DNA from: a virus
Lineage: Duplodnaviria; Heunggongvirae; Uroviricota; Caudoviricetes
Strand: one strand, 5' to 3'
Length of the DNA stretch: 45,106 nt
IMG/VR virus record: IMGVR_UViG_2541047951_000008
Shown here piece after piece: positions 29,233 through 38,887 of this stretch. A program made the translations under genes and the position numbers. Below the pieces are notes generated by a model. The model had not been told where the DNA came from, ran no database searches, and saw only the letters and a program-made list of their open reading frames with translations. Every line of letters begins with the position of its first letter. The stretch's first letter is position 1.

Positions 29233-30285
29233 TTATTTCCCCACCAGCTCGTTTATCTCTTTCACTGTCTGGTTAAACCGCTCTGACTCAAGCTCAACAC
29301 CTAAGGCCCGACGCCCCAGCGCCATTGCTGCTTTTATTGTGGAACCGGATCCCATAAAAAAATCAGCAACCAGATCACCAGGTCGACTACTGGCATTGAT
29401 TATTTGCCTGAGCATATCCGCCGGTTTCTCACACGGATGTTTACCCGGGTAGAACTGAACGGGTTTATGCATCCAGACATCGGTATAAGGCACGGAGACT
29501 GATACGGAGAAATAGCGCCGGAGAGATTTAAACTCATCCAGCAATTCAGAATATTTGCGATTCAGTGAATCATAAGATGCCACCAGCTGGTGGTGTGGTT
29601 GTTCCAGTTGTTGTTCCTGAAACTTCTCTGCCGCTATACGGGAAAACAGTGCCTGTAACTTCCGATAGTCAGCCTCATTCGGCAACTGCCACTGACTGGC
29701 ACCAAACCAGTGGGAAACCATATTTTTCTTACCTGTGGCTTCGGCAATTTGTTTTGCCGTTATACCCAGTTCGGCACGAGCATCCCTGAAATACGATATC
29801 AGCGGTGCCATTATGTGCTGTTTGAGTTCCCTTTCTTTTGCCGCATAGCCGTCACTTTTGCCGCGATATGGCCCCTGGTAATGTTCAGCAAACAGAACGC
29901 GCTCTGTGGCAGGAAAATATGCGCGCAGACTTTCTTTATTACACCCATTCCAACGTCCGGACGGCTTCGCCCAGATGATATGGTTAAGCACGTTGAAACG
30001 TTCACGCATCATGATCTCAATATCAGATGCCAGGCGATGCCCACAGAACAGGTAAAGGCTTCCGGCAGGTTTTAACACCCGCCAGAACTGGGCCAGACAG
30101 TGGTCCAGCCACTTAAGGTAATCTTCGTCCCCTTTCCACTGATTGTCCCAACCGTTGGGTTTCACCTTGAAGTACGGCGGATCGGTAACAATCAGGTCAA
30201 TGGAATCATCAGGCAGGGACTGAATAAAATGCAGGCAATCAGCGTTGATTAAATCAACACTGTTTATTTTTACAGTATTTTTCAT
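29233..30285 (-). CDS. DNA methyltransferase, beta-class N6-adenine/N4-cytosine type
   Basis: N-terminal motif [10 protein letters not shown] and C-terminal motif [10 protein letters not shown] (order IV...I = beta class, N6_N4_Mtase-like); located between Q and the lysis genes. Confidence 0.85.
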   Translation of the reverse strand: MKNTVKINSVDLINADCLHFIQSLPDDSIDLIVTDPPYFKVKPNGWDNQWKGDEDYLKWLDHCLAQFWRVLKPAGSLYLFCGHRLASDIEIMMRERFNVLNHIIWAKPSGRWNGCNKESLRAYFPATERVLFAEHYQGPYRGKSDGYAAKERELKQHIMAPLISYFRDARAELGITAKQIAEATGKKNMVSHWFGASQWQLPNEADYRKLQALFSRIAAEKFQEQQLEQPHHQLVASYDSLNRKYSELLDEFKSLRRYFSVSVSVPYTDVWMHKPVQFYPGKHPCEKPADMLRQIINASSRPGDLVADFFMGSGSTIKAAMALGRRALGVELESERFNQTVKEINELVGK

Positions 30286-30435
30286 GGATCAGTAAGCGTA
30301 ACTCTGGTAGGCTCACTCTGCTTTTGCGCTAAAGCAGTGGGCCGTGGTTCGCTTGTGACCAGTAAGCATGAGCGAATGGCTGGCAGGTGCTACCAACACC
30401 CACCAGCCGCCCATTTTCACAGCAGGAAACCGCCA

Positions 30436-30663
30436 TTACTGGCAGCGTCTGAATTTATTCCCGTATCCGCCGTTATCCTTCGCCAGACCCGCCAGAACTA
30501 ACTGAGTCAGTATTAACTGGCACCGGGCTTCGCTTACTCCGGTAGTTCTCGTCATCATGCGTGGCGTTACCCACTTGTCAGCAGGTAAGAAATGAAGGAC
30601 TGCGGCGGCGGTTTCTGTCATATCTTGCTGTTTTAGCATGTCTTTTTCCCTTCTGGTTAACAT
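30436..30663 (-). CDS. Hypothetical 75-aa protein
   Basis: ORF on the late strand between Q region and MTase; no recognised domain. Confidence 0.35.
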   Translation of the reverse strand: MLTRREKDMLKQQDMTETAAAVLHFLPADKWVTPRMMTRTTGVSEARCQLILTQLVLAGLAKDNGGYGNKFRRCQ

Positions 30664-30909
30664 GACATACCAATAACTCTTGTCTAAAAAGCCAGCAAGA
30701 TAAAAGGTCAGTATTCACGACCACCAGCGTGTTTACTGTACTGCACCAAGTTTACAGGTACAAAAAAACCGCTCAGCGGCGGGTTTAAGTTGTGTGGCGA
30801 AGTAACCACTCTTAACAGCATATTTGATTTTTTACGATTGTAAACGGTTGATTATTCATCTCCAATAAAAATAATTGTGTAGGTATGCCCTTAACAATGG
30901 ATAAGAAAC

Positions 30910-31356
30910 ATGAATAAAATGACTGTACTATTACTTAGCGCAACTATCATTTCAGGTTGTACTTCTTCCGTACCATTGATAAAAAAAACTCAATCAGGAA
31001 AACCTGAGGGGGTTTATCAAAATACGACAAAAGATAAAGTCAAAGATGCCCTTGTGAATTACTGCAATAGTAGAGGGTTGATAATTTACAACGCTGATAA
31101 CAGCAGTGTTATATGTGGTAAAGAACTGGAAGGCGGGTCTGCTGTTTTTGGACAAATGTTAATCGGCAATGCCTATTCAACAACCCCGGTATCAAAAGTC
31201 AGATTTACTATCGCTCAAGTTAATAACGATACAAAAGTGTGGGCCGATATGTGGATGGAAACTCAAATGGCAATGGGGCAAGTACAACAAATGGCTATAA
31301 CAGACAACGCAAGCAAAAACACTATCCAACAACGTCTTGATGAATTAAAACCTTAA
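30910..31356 (+). CDS. Predicted lipoprotein (moron, opposite strand to late genes)
   Basis: Signal peptide with lipobox MNKMTVLLLSATIISGC; AT-rich; located between Q and the lysis cassette on the opposite strand. Confidence 0.65.
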   Translation: MNKMTVLLLSATIISGCTSSVPLIKKTQSGKPEGVYQNTTKDKVKDALVNYCNSRGLIIYNADNSSVICGKELEGGSAVFGQMLIGNAYSTTPVSKVRFTIAQVNNDTKVWADMWMETQMAMGQVQQMAITDNASKNTIQQRLDELKP

Positions 31357-31369
31357 GTAAATTAATTAA

Positions 31370-31399
31370 ATAAAATGGGGAGAATAAATCGACTCCCCA
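31370..31399 (-). terminator. Hairpin between convergent Q and lipoprotein genes
   Basis: TGGGGAG-10 nt loop-CTCCCCA; on the minus strand followed by ATTTTATTTAATT. Confidence 0.35.
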
Positions 31400-31440
31400 C
31401 ACATTAAACTGATTCAATTACCCCCTCAATAAGAGGTCTT

Positions 31441-31806
31441 CTAACGATCCATCTCTAGCTCAATTTCTAACATCATTAACATGCCATCAACTACACCTTC
31501 AGCCTTTTGCAATAAACGCCCAACCCAGCAATCAGAACGCCCATGTTTACGGGCAAGCGCCATAAACGTCATACCACCTACATAATAATCCACTAATAAA
31601 TCGTGCAAATCGCTGTTGTTCTTTTTCAGGCGAGCCATGCACCCACAAATGATCATCGCATCATCGTCACAACATTGCGGGCGGGATTTTACTTTTGAAG
31701 GGATTAGTCCTTTAAATCCTGCAGCAATAGACGACCAGGTGACATCCTCGTGATTATTTGCCACCCATGCCCCCCAACGTTCAAGAACCATTTGAATATC
31801 ACGCAT
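31441..31806 (-). CDS. Late gene antiterminator Q (phage 82 / QuuD-like family)
   Basis: [75 protein letters not shown] recognised as E. coli prophage Q antiterminator; track ORF starts 5 codons earlier. Confidence 0.85.
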   Translation of the reverse strand: MRDIQMVLERWGAWVANNHEDVTWSSIAAGFKGLIPSKVKSRPQCCDDDAMIICGCMARLKKNNSDLHDLLVDYYVGGMTFMALARKHGRSDCWVGRLLQKAEGVVDGMLMMLEIELEMDR

Positions 31807-31823
31807 CAACGTTCTCCACAAAA

Positions 31824-32819
31824 TCAGGCCAGCACGCCAATTGCCAGCGCACGATCGATAAAACGAAATATCAGCTCCAGCTGGGAGCCATACTTCTCTT
31901 CAAATGCCACGGTATCCGCATGCAGCTCGTCGTGATGCTTTCTGCACAAAGGCAACACAAAGAGGTCATGCGCTTTTGTACCCATTCCCCCCTGACCGTG
32001 GCCTATCAGGTGGTGGGGATCATCAGCAGGCTTTCCACAACATGCACACGGCTGTGTCTTAACCCAGCGTGTGTACTTTTCATTAACCCAGCGGCGACGT
32101 TTTGGGCGTAACATAAAAGACTCCGGCGACTCCGGATCCACTTTCAGCGCCAGCACCTTTTTCGCCTTATCCTGGATGATGCTGGTGGCAGGAACCGAAG
32201 GCACAAGGTCACTTTCCCGGGTGACAGACGGCACAACAGGCTTCGGTAATCTCAGTGCCTTACGGGCTGCACTTTCCGGTAAGGCATCCGCCAGGTCATT
32301 ACGAATCAGCCACCAGCACAGTTCCGGCATTGTCACAACGTGACTGTCATCAAAACCGAGATCCCGACGCACAACAGACAACACCCAGCGGGCACAGTTA
32401 TCCGTTGCCATTGATTCCAGCCGTTCCGTGAACTGATCGCGCAGCTGGTTATCGCAGTGCCAGCACAGACGGATTGCGCCCGGCGCGTGTCGCATTGTTG
32501 TCATGTTCTCGCTGTGCCAGTCGGAATGAGGCCACTGGCAGCCTTTTTCACGAAGTAACCAGCTTTCAAGACATTCCACGCCACCAGCACGACGGATCAC
32601 TTCCTCATTGCGGAACACGGCCCGAACGGCAGGATCATCCGCCAGCGGTTGTGATGCCGCCGGAACGGCACCACTGGCGAAAGATGAATAACGTTCCGGC
32701 TCAGGCTCCAGCAGGACACGCCCCTGCATAAACAGGGGCATCAGCTCTGAACCTGGCCTGAACAATACGATCCCCATACGCGGGGCAATTTCAGGGGTCA
32801 GTAGTGCTCTCACGGTCAC
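31824..32819 (-). CDS. Nin-region protein (YdfU/DUF968-like) with C-terminal Cys/His-rich motif
   Basis: 331 aa immediately upstream of Q; CWHCDNQL and [21 protein letters not shown]...CRKHHDELH suggest a zinc-binding/HNH-like element; start is probably GTG coupled to the upstream stop. Confidence 0.4.
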   Translation of the reverse strand: MTVRALLTPEIAPRMGIVLFRPGSELMPLFMQGRVLLEPEPERYSSFASGAVPAASQPLADDPAVRAVFRNEEVIRRAGGVECLESWLLREKGCQWPHSDWHSENMTTMRHAPGAIRLCWHCDNQLRDQFTERLESMATDNCARWVLSVVRRDLGFDDSHVVTMPELCWWLIRNDLADALPESAARKALRLPKPVVPSVTRESDLVPSVPATSIIQDKAKKVLALKVDPESPESFMLRPKRRRWVNEKYTRWVKTQPCACCGKPADDPHHLIGHGQGGMGTKAHDLFVLPLCRKHHDELHADTVAFEEKYGSQLELIFRFIDRALAIGVLA

Positions 32820-32820
32820 C

Positions 32821-33630
32821 TCAATGAACGGTATCGAGCAGCTTTAACAGCTCAGGGAATCGGGATTCGAAGAAATGCGGCTGCGTCTCGCGCGGATTTG
32901 CGGGACTGGTGATGTTCTTGCCGAACATGCAACCTTTCGCTGTCAGCGACCAGAATTTTTTGATGTTGTTAATCGCGGTACGGCTGTATCGTTCGCGTTG
33001 TTCAACGATCCCCAGCTTCGCCATCTGGTGATATGCCTGATTAGCCGTAAGGCGGATACCATACTGTTTCAGCAGTGCACTCAGCGACAGCGTAGGACGA
33101 CTTGAGCCATCAGGCGCGTCAGCAGGAGCATCAATGGCATAGCGCGGTGCCAGATTCGGTAAGCCAACAGCCTCCTGGAGTTTCTGACAGGCACCAAGCA
33201 CTGAAGAGTTAGACAGGTTTAATTCCCGGCGCATAAAGTCCAGCAGAATCACACCAGCCTGCATCTTGTCAGCAGCCTGTCCGGATAATTTTTCCGGTGC
33301 GCTGGTTACCATGTCGAAAGTACGGATCACCTTCAGATGGAATGACGGGCTGATCCACATTGCATAGGCATACACCAGTTCCTTGCAGACATACGTTCCC
33401 CGTTCATTTCCCCCATGAATCACACTCACCGGGTCAACACCCAAATTCTGGGTGTTGGTCAATTCATGAACAAGCTCAACAGTTTGTTGGCTGGAAAGAA
33501 ACTTTCCTGGCTCCTTGGTTCTGGCATTTGCACCAGATGCTACTGCTGCGCGATGCAGATCGTTCAGGCTGTAACGCCCATAAGCATCACGACGAACTTC
33601 AATACCATCAATGACCATCAGATTATTCAT
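32821..33630 (-). CDS. KilA-N domain protein (antirepressor-like)
   Basis: N-terminal RYSLNDLHRAA...GTYVCKELVYAYAMWISPSFHLKVIRTF is characteristic of the KilA-N domain. Confidence 0.7.
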   Translation of the reverse strand: MNNLMVIDGIEVRRDAYGRYSLNDLHRAAVASGANARTKEPGKFLSSQQTVELVHELTNTQNLGVDPVSVIHGGNERGTYVCKELVYAYAMWISPSFHLKVIRTFDMVTSAPEKLSGQAADKMQAGVILLDFMRRELNLSNSSVLGACQKLQEAVGLPNLAPRYAIDAPADAPDGSSRPTLSLSALLKQYGIRLTANQAYHQMAKLGIVEQRERYSRTAINNIKKFWSLTAKGCMFGKNITSPANPRETQPHFFESRFPELLKLLDTVH

Positions 33631-33649
33631 ACTTCGTTTCTCCTCTTAA

Positions 33650-34039
33650 TCAGGCGGCTGCACCCGCCGGTTTCTCATACTTACTGATAGTGATCTCGAC
33701 CTTCCCTTTCGGGATAACCGGTCCCCACTCCACCAGCATTCTTTTCACCTGTCTGTCGTCTTCCCACACACCCGCGTGGGTCAGGGCGTCAAACAGCGCC
33801 TTGTTATAGTTGTCCAGATCGCGGATCCGGTTATCCGGAGGAAACAACACGATCTCCACTGAAGCAGGTGCCGACGTTGGTTTCGGCAGACGACGTAACT
33901 GCTCAACTATTGCTGCGCACGCCGCGCTCTGAAATTTTCGCCCCGCCTCGCTTATCAGGCTCTTACCAGCAAATGCCCCTTTGTTGGGGTGTCGCCAGTA
34001 CGTGTTCACACTGGGCGGGAAAGGCAGGATCAACTTCAT
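33650..34039 (-). CDS. rusA: Holliday junction resolvase RusA
   Basis: LDNYNKALFDALTHAGVWEDDRQV matches the RusA catalytic core (E. coli RusA [24 protein letters not shown]). Confidence 0.8.
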   Translation of the reverse strand: MKLILPFPPSVNTYWRHPNKGAFAGKSLISEAGRKFQSAACAAIVEQLRRLPKPTSAPASVEIVLFPPDNRIRDLDNYNKALFDALTHAGVWEDDRQVKRMLVEWGPVIPKGKVEITISKYEKPAGAAA

Positions 34040-34362
34040 ACTTTCAGGCCCCTCTCATGTAACCAGTGGGCTGCACGCAGCCTGGCGTTCTCCTCACCGG
34101 CAAGCAGTGCGCGGATGATACCGACCGCTTCGCTGTCGTCGTCCTTCACTGCGGTATGAAGCGTTATCCCCCGGGCCACGCCACGCTTTATCGTGATGAC
34201 GCCTTTTTTCTCCAGTGCGCGAAGATGCTCCACCGCTGCATTCACCGAACGGTATCCCAGCATGGTTGCCACCTCCTGATTGGTTGGCGGAAAGCCACGC
34301 TCTTGCTGGTAAGAAATCAGCATATCCAGCACCTGCTGCTGGCATTGAGTTAACGTCGTCAT
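34036..34362 (-). CDS. Winged-helix DNA-binding protein (LexA N-terminal-domain-like)
   Basis: 108 aa; QQVLDMLISYQQERGFPPTNQEVATMLGYRSVNAAVEHLRALEKKGVI resembles the LexA DNA-binding domain. Confidence 0.45.
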   Translation of the reverse strand: MTTLTQCQQQVLDMLISYQQERGFPPTNQEVATMLGYRSVNAAVEHLRALEKKGVITIKRGVARGITLHTAVKDDDSEAVGIIRALLAGEENARLRAAHWLHERGLKV

Positions 34363-35012
34363 GCCGCCATCTCCCTGACAAGTTTTTCTGCCTGCTGGCG
34401 AACCTGCGCCAGAAACGCCTCACCACATGCCTCAAGTTCATCGCGCCCGATGTAGCTGATTGCCGGTCCCTTCCAGGTCTTGTCGAAAACAGCAATAGCA
34501 CCAGCGAAGAAAGCGCCTGTCGGCACCTGCTTCTCATCCTTCGGGATAAACCAGGCAGGCAGTTCAAAACCAATACGCCCGCGAATAAAAGCAATATGGT
34601 CCGCATCTTCCGGCCACCACACTTCGCTGGTGGCAGCTTTGATCAGGAAAACATAGCGCCCGCCCTTATCACGCATGGCACTGGCATGTTTCATGATGTA
34701 ACGCATGCCGGTGATGTATTGCCCCTCATGCTGACTGGCGCGGCTGTATGGGGGATTACCAAAGGCAGCACCTTTAAGCTCCGCAAGACGTTCTGACCAG
34801 TCATGCGCCAGCGCGTTGTCTTCCGCCGTGTAATACGCGGCACATTTGGCGTTATCACCGTCAGTGAACAGATCCAGAACAAACGGACCAAACAAGGTGT
34901 TAATTCCCCAGAAAATGTTGTCCGGCGTGCGCCACTGATCGCCCACTTCCTTCAGTTCATGGGCTGGTTTGTTCCGCAGTTCTACCAGCGCCTGGCAATA
35001 TTTATTACTCAT
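34359..35012 (-). CDS. Phage N6-adenine DNA methyltransferase (small Dam-like)
   Basis: 217 aa with NPPY catalytic motif (AAFGNPPYSRAS); nin-region position typical of lambdoid phage Dam-like MTases. Confidence 0.8.
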   Translation of the reverse strand: MSNKYCQALVELRNKPAHELKEVGDQWRTPDNIFWGINTLFGPFVLDLFTDGDNAKCAAYYTAEDNALAHDWSERLAELKGAAFGNPPYSRASQHEGQYITGMRYIMKHASAMRDKGGRYVFLIKAATSEVWWPEDADHIAFIRGRIGFELPAWFIPKDEKQVPTGAFFAGAIAVFDKTWKGPAISYIGRDELEACGEAFLAQVRQQAEKLVREMAA

Positions 35013-35106
35013 TAAGCCCCCACGTAAAAAGCATCCGCAATGTCTCCGGAAGTACAGCCCGGATGGGCTTCAATGAATTTCTGAACGTCATTTAACAGAC
35101 TCATGA

Positions 35107-36099
35107 TCACCCCCTGAATCCTGCCGGGATCTGGCTGTAGTCCACGTTGTCGTAACTGGCTTTGAAGTACGGGTCTTCACGTTTTTCTGTGTGCGTGCTG
35201 ACGGACGGCGATAAGCGCAGGGAAAGCTCATCCCATTTTTCCCGCAACTTCGACGGGCTGAGCACGTTACGGCACCAGAACGGATCGCGGCTGACGCGGC
35301 TGTACATCTCGCAGATTTGTTTGTGAGTACGACCATCCTGCACACACATCAGGCGAATTTCGTTTGCCCATGCTGTCCAGTTCGGTTCTTTGGGACGAAC
35401 CACCTCGCCGTCACATTCGGCGGCCTGCTCGTACAGGGCGATGATTTTTTTCCAGAGCCACTGTGCGCAGGTCAAATCATCCTGCGTTCCCCACTGGCGC
35501 TTTTTAGGGCTGAATACAACCGCATCAGGATGGCGAGTTAAAAACTCCTGTTCAGCCGTTTGCGTGTCCGGTTGCGAAGCGTCCGGACGAGAAGAGGTTT
35601 TATTCTCTGTAGTAATCTCTGTTGTATTCTCTGTAAGATCATTGGGCCATTTTGACCCGATGACAGCGTGTCGTTTTGAACCAATGGATCGTGTCATTTT
35701 GCGCCCATCCATCAGGTCACTTTGACCCGATGGAGAAGTGCATTTTGACCTGATGGATTCGTTCACTTTGACCTCTTCTAAAAGCTCACTTTCATAGTTG
35801 ATCGTGTAGAAGTTGGTCATGTCACGCTTCGATTTATTGAGTTGCTCGCGACGCAAAACCCCAAGTGATTTCAGGCTTGCAAATGTGCGTTTCAGAGTGG
35901 ACTCTGACCAGAACGGAAACTGCTCCAGCCACTGTTCTGTCGTGTTATAAACCCAGCGAATTCCGCCATGCTCAGTGCCTGAATTCGTTTCATTCAGCCA
36001 GTAATGAAGCTGCTGCAACACAATTGCCTCATTCAGACCAATACGGCATGCAAGATCACGATTTATCACAATGGGCTGGGATGTCATTAACAGGCTCAT
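35107..36099 (-). CDS. Replication initiator (lambda O-like) containing the origin iterons
   Basis: 330 aa downstream of the cro/cII-position genes; iteron array and adjacent AT-rich stretch lie within the coding sequence, as ori-lambda does within O. Confidence 0.65.
   Translation of the reverse strand: MSLLMTSQPIVINRDLACRIGLNEAIVLQQLHYWLNETNSGTEHGGIRWVYNTTEQWLEQFPFWSESTLKRTFASLKSLGVLRREQLNKSKRDMTNFYTINYESELLEEVKVNESIRSKCTSPSGQSDLMDGRKMTRSIGSKRHAVIGSKWPNDLTENTTEITTENKTSSRPDASQPDTQTAEQEFLTRHPDAVVFSPKKRQWGTQDDLTCAQWLWKKIIALYEQAAECDGEVVRPKEPNWTAWANEIRLMCVQDGRTHKQICEMYSRVSRDPFWCRNVLSPSKLREKWDELSLRLSPSVSTHTEKREDPYFKASYDNVDYSQIPAGFRG
35646..35778. repeat. Origin-like iterons (about 5 copies of TTTGACC(C/T)GATGG plus one inverted copy)
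   Basis: cattTTGACCCGATGa, tTTTGAACCAATGG, inverted ATCCATCAGGTCA, cacTTTGACCCGATGG, catTTTGACCTGATGG, cacTTTGACCtc; followed (in the gene direction) by a more AT-rich segment 35580-35640. Confidence 0.6.
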
Positions 36100-36108
36100 G
36101 ACCGACCT

Positions 36109-36447
36109 CTATTTCCCTGAATTTACGACGAAACTGTTCGAGCGGACTGAAGCATTCATGTTCATAGCCTTCACGGAGGTAGATAACCCGTTGTGTTTCC
36201 GGCTCCCAACGAATGACTCTGACGGGCACTCCGTAGTGATCTTTGAACCAGCGGTTAACTTGTCGCAAAGGACTGTCTCCTTCTGCCGGTTGAAATCACC
36301 CACAGCCCACTCTGCAAAGCTGTGGGTTACAATTTCCCTGTCACCTGGTACATTCACTGCATAGCAATACTCCACCTTCGCTTTTCCACCCGGTACAGGA
36401 AGCGCAATCAGTTGCGAGCGACGGTAGTGTGTTGTTAAACTGTTCAT
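36109..36447 (-). CDS. Hypothetical 112-aa protein upstream of the replication gene
   Basis: Start overlaps the stop of the upstream gene (GCATGAAC); ends 7 nt before the O-like start. Confidence 0.45.
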   Translation of the reverse strand: MNSLTTHYRRSQLIALPVPGGKAKVEYCYAVNVPGDREIVTHSFAEWAVGDFNRQKETVLCDKLTAGSKITTECPSESFVGSRKHNGLSTSVKAMNMNASVRSNSFVVNSGK

Positions 36448-37028
36448 GCGTTAGTTTCTCCACAACCAGAAGCAATCGACGCCACGACGCCCGGAGCTGC
36501 ACACTCGCGGGCGTTACTCTTTTCCGGCGCACAAAAAACACGAAATAACAGTGTTAAATGCTCCTGCCACTTCGCCATTACTTGGTAGCTGTTCTCTTCG
36601 ATTTGCTCACGCTCAGCCTGGTCAATAACTCCATCAGCAGTTGCCTTGCGTAAGTACTGGGAATGCTTGCCAATCCATTCTATTGACTCCATCAGCCGCT
36701 GATTAATGTCACCATTGTCAATGTCATCAATGACCACCAGCGGCACAAACACCCCATTACTACGACGGGCTATTGCATCTGTTACATGCCTGGTACCACT
36801 GGCATCCTGTAAAACCATGGCCCACTCAAGTGGAAAAATTTGATCCCCACCGCTACGCAGTCTGTTATGCAATTGATCTTTTGCTGGGGTGATATCATCA
36901 GATTTATACAAACCAAGAATTTCTGCTGCTTCCTCATAGCCATGAGGTAAATCAGCAATCGTTCTTCGTATTGCTGCCACCAGCCATGCTGGTTGTTTAT
37001 CAACTTTCCATTCAGGTTCTTTACCCAC
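36444..37028 (-). CDS. Hypothetical early protein in cII position (CII/YdaT-like regulator possible)
   Basis: 194-aa ORF immediately downstream of cro-like gene; assignment by position only. Confidence 0.35.
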   Translation of the reverse strand: MGKEPEWKVDKQPAWLVAAIRRTIADLPHGYEEAAEILGLYKSDDITPAKDQLHNRLRSGGDQIFPLEWAMVLQDASGTRHVTDAIARRSNGVFVPLVVIDDIDNGDINQRLMESIEWIGKHSQYLRKATADGVIDQAEREQIEENSYQVMAKWQEHLTLLFRVFCAPEKSNARECAAPGVVASIASGCGETNA

Positions 37029-37055
37029 GGTTAATTCCTCATTTCTGTGGTGTTT

Positions 37056-37253
37056 TTATGCCGCAGCACTGTTAGTCTTTTGATATAAAGACACGTCAAC
37101 TTTCAGTTTCCCGTTAGTAATTTTTTCTAACTGGTACGCTCGGCCTTCAGGAATAATCTCAGGCCACTCTGAAACAGACGGATGCTTAATACCTAGGGCT
37201 TCGGCGGTTTTACAAACTCCGCCGAAATAATTAATCACGTCGGATTTCCGCAT
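37056..37253 (-). CDS. Cro-like HTH repressor
   Basis: 65 aa, HTH-like GGVCKTAEALGIKHPSVSEW; divergent from cI across an operator-bearing intergenic region. Confidence 0.65.
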   Translation of the reverse strand: MRKSDVINYFGGVCKTAEALGIKHPSVSEWPEIIPEGRAYQLEKITNGKLKVDVSLYQKTNSAAA

Positions 37254-37269
37254 TTCTGTCTCCCGTTAA

Positions 37270-37345
37270 ATTACGTCAAGCAGGAATGTAGGATATCCAA
37301 CATGCCAATGTCAAGAATCCTACATTGGCATGTGGTAGGATTGCC
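37270..37345. promoter_or_regulatory. OR-like operator/promoter region between cro and cI
   Basis: Repeated half-sites ATGTAGGAT / ATCCAACAT (e.g. aATGTAGGATATCCAACATg, ATCCTACAT, GTAGGATtgCCTACAT); on the minus strand TTGACA-17 nt-CTACAT upstream of cro. Confidence 0.5.
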
Positions 37346-37348
37346 TAC

Positions 37349-38002
37349 ATGATGAACATGAGTGATCGTATTCGCCAAAGGCGAAAAGAACTGAACCTGA
37401 CACAACAAGCACTGGCTGATTTGACTGGTGTGAACCGTGTCACGGTTACTGGATGGGAAAAGGACGACTACCAACCAAATGGAGCCAACCTTCAAGCCCT
37501 AGCCAACGCACTTAAATGCGATCCTCTGTGGCTTGTTAGCGGAAAAGGCTCGCCTGAACCAAAGATAAATCTAAAACCTGAAATATTCGCAGTTAAAAAA
37601 GTCCCCCTCATCTCGTGGGTTCAGGCGGGTTCATGGACAATGACGGAGCCTGGTGTCAGGAAAGAAGATGCTGAAGAGTGGGTTTATACTACCGCCCTTG
37701 TATCAGAAATGGCATTTGCACTACGGGTCCGTGGTGATTCAATGACCAATCCCCTCGGCTCACCATCGATACCAGAAGGTTCTATCGTTATCGTAGAGCC
37801 AGATATTATTGATACAGAGTGTATTAACGGAAAAATCGTTGTTGCCCATATCAATGGTGGGCAAGAAGCGACACTCAAAAAATTTGTTGAGGACTGGCCG
37901 AACAGGTATCTCGTCCCACTAAATCCTAACTATAAAACTATTGAATGCGGTGAGAACTGCAGAATAGTTGGTCTTGTCAAACAAGTAATAATGGATTTTT
38001 GA
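37349..38002 (+). CDS. CI-like repressor (HTH_XRE + S24 LexA-like peptidase domain)
   Basis: N-terminal HTH (LNLTQQALADLTGVNRVTVTGWE), C-terminal S24 motifs (VRGDSMTNP ... ATLKKF); start at one of the MMNM Mets (track ORF from 37325 overlaps operators). Confidence 0.85.
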   Translation: MMNMSDRIRQRRKELNLTQQALADLTGVNRVTVTGWEKDDYQPNGANLQALANALKCDPLWLVSGKGSPEPKINLKPEIFAVKKVPLISWVQAGSWTMTEPGVRKEDAEEWVYTTALVSEMAFALRVRGDSMTNPLGSPSIPEGSIVIVEPDIIDTECINGKIVVAHINGGQEATLKKFVEDWPNRYLVPLNPNYKTIECGENCRIVGLVKQVIMDF

Positions 38003-38059
38003 CACATCTTCCTCACTATCGCAAAACCGGGGTATCCCCGGTTTTTTTATGAGCCTATC

Positions 38060-38120
38060 TTTTTATGTAGGATAACCAACATAAACTCTTGACACCTACA
38101 TGTTGGATATCCTACATTTG
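38060..38120. promoter_or_regulatory. OL-like operator/promoter region downstream of cI
   Basis: Same half-site family as OR (tATGTAGGATAACCAACAT; TACATGTTGGATATCCTACAT) with TTGACA at 38090-38095 oriented to transcribe the plus-strand early-left genes. Confidence 0.45.
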
Positions 38121-38459
38121 TTTTTAGAGTTGTGGTGAATGCGCAGGCTGATGCGCGAAAGACATTGCAGCTATTGCGGAAAAGAGCTGTTCGGCGGGGC
38201 AATTAAACGCCCGTGAGAGTCTGAAATAACCGCAAGCCGGAGATCAGCACCGGTCACCACAACAGCCACTGCTTTGGCGGTACCAGTTTGTACACTTGCT
38301 TCCGGCTGGTACCGCTCTTTTTACAAAACAGAGAAGAGCATCACCGGACGACGGGCTCATAACCCAATCCATCCGGGCGGCTGCCACCGCAGGTGTTCTT
38401 CTCTGTTTTGTGGAGAAACTAACCGACCTTGCAGGGTCGATATGATGAGGAGCAGCAAA

Positions 38460-38822
38460 ATGGCTAGCGAACGCAGTACTGATGTGCAGGCATTTATCGG
38501 GGAGCTGGACGGCGGCGTATTTGAAACCAAAATCGGCGCAGTTCTCAGTGAAGTCGCTTCCGGTGTGATGAACACGAAAACCAAAGGTAAGGTCTCACTC
38601 AATCTGGAAATCGAACCGTTTGATGAGAACCGAGTGAAAATCAAACACAAACTCTCATATGTTCGCCCGACTAACCGCGGGAAAATTTCCGAAGAAGACA
38701 CCACCGAAACGCCGATGTATGTCAATCGCGGTGGTCGCCTGACTATTCTGCAGGAAGACCAGGGACAATTACTGACTCTTGCCGGTGAACCTGACGGAAA
38801 ACTCCGCGCAGCAGGTCGTTAA
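38460..38822 (+). CDS. Hypothetical early-left protein (120 aa)
   Basis: GAGGAG RBS 7 nt upstream of ATG at 38460 (MASERSTDVQAFIGELDGG...); track ORF extends upstream to 38274. Size and order resemble the yfdP-yfdT block of CPS-53-type prophages (recalled from memory, not verified). Confidence 0.5.
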   Translation: MASERSTDVQAFIGELDGGVFETKIGAVLSEVASGVMNTKTKGKVSLNLEIEPFDENRVKIKHKLSYVRPTNRGKISEEDTTETPMYVNRGGRLTILQEDQGQLLTLAGEPDGKLRAAGR

Positions 38823-38887
38823 TATCGTTTTTAATAAACTGATTATTTATCTCATCACTGAATATCTTTATATAGTGAGGACTTATT

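Noticed and set aside
30286-30435. Possible tRNA gene downstream of Q, as in many lambdoid phages
   Set aside because: Inspected the intergenic regions around the MTase and Q for GTTCGA-type T-arm and cloverleaf features and found none convincing; a tRNAscan run would be needed to be sure.
36056-36268. 70-aa minus-strand ORF overlapping the start of the O-like gene
   Set aside because: Out of frame with and overlapping both the 112-aa ORF (which is translationally coupled to its upstream gene) and the start of the O-like gene; most likely a frame artefact.
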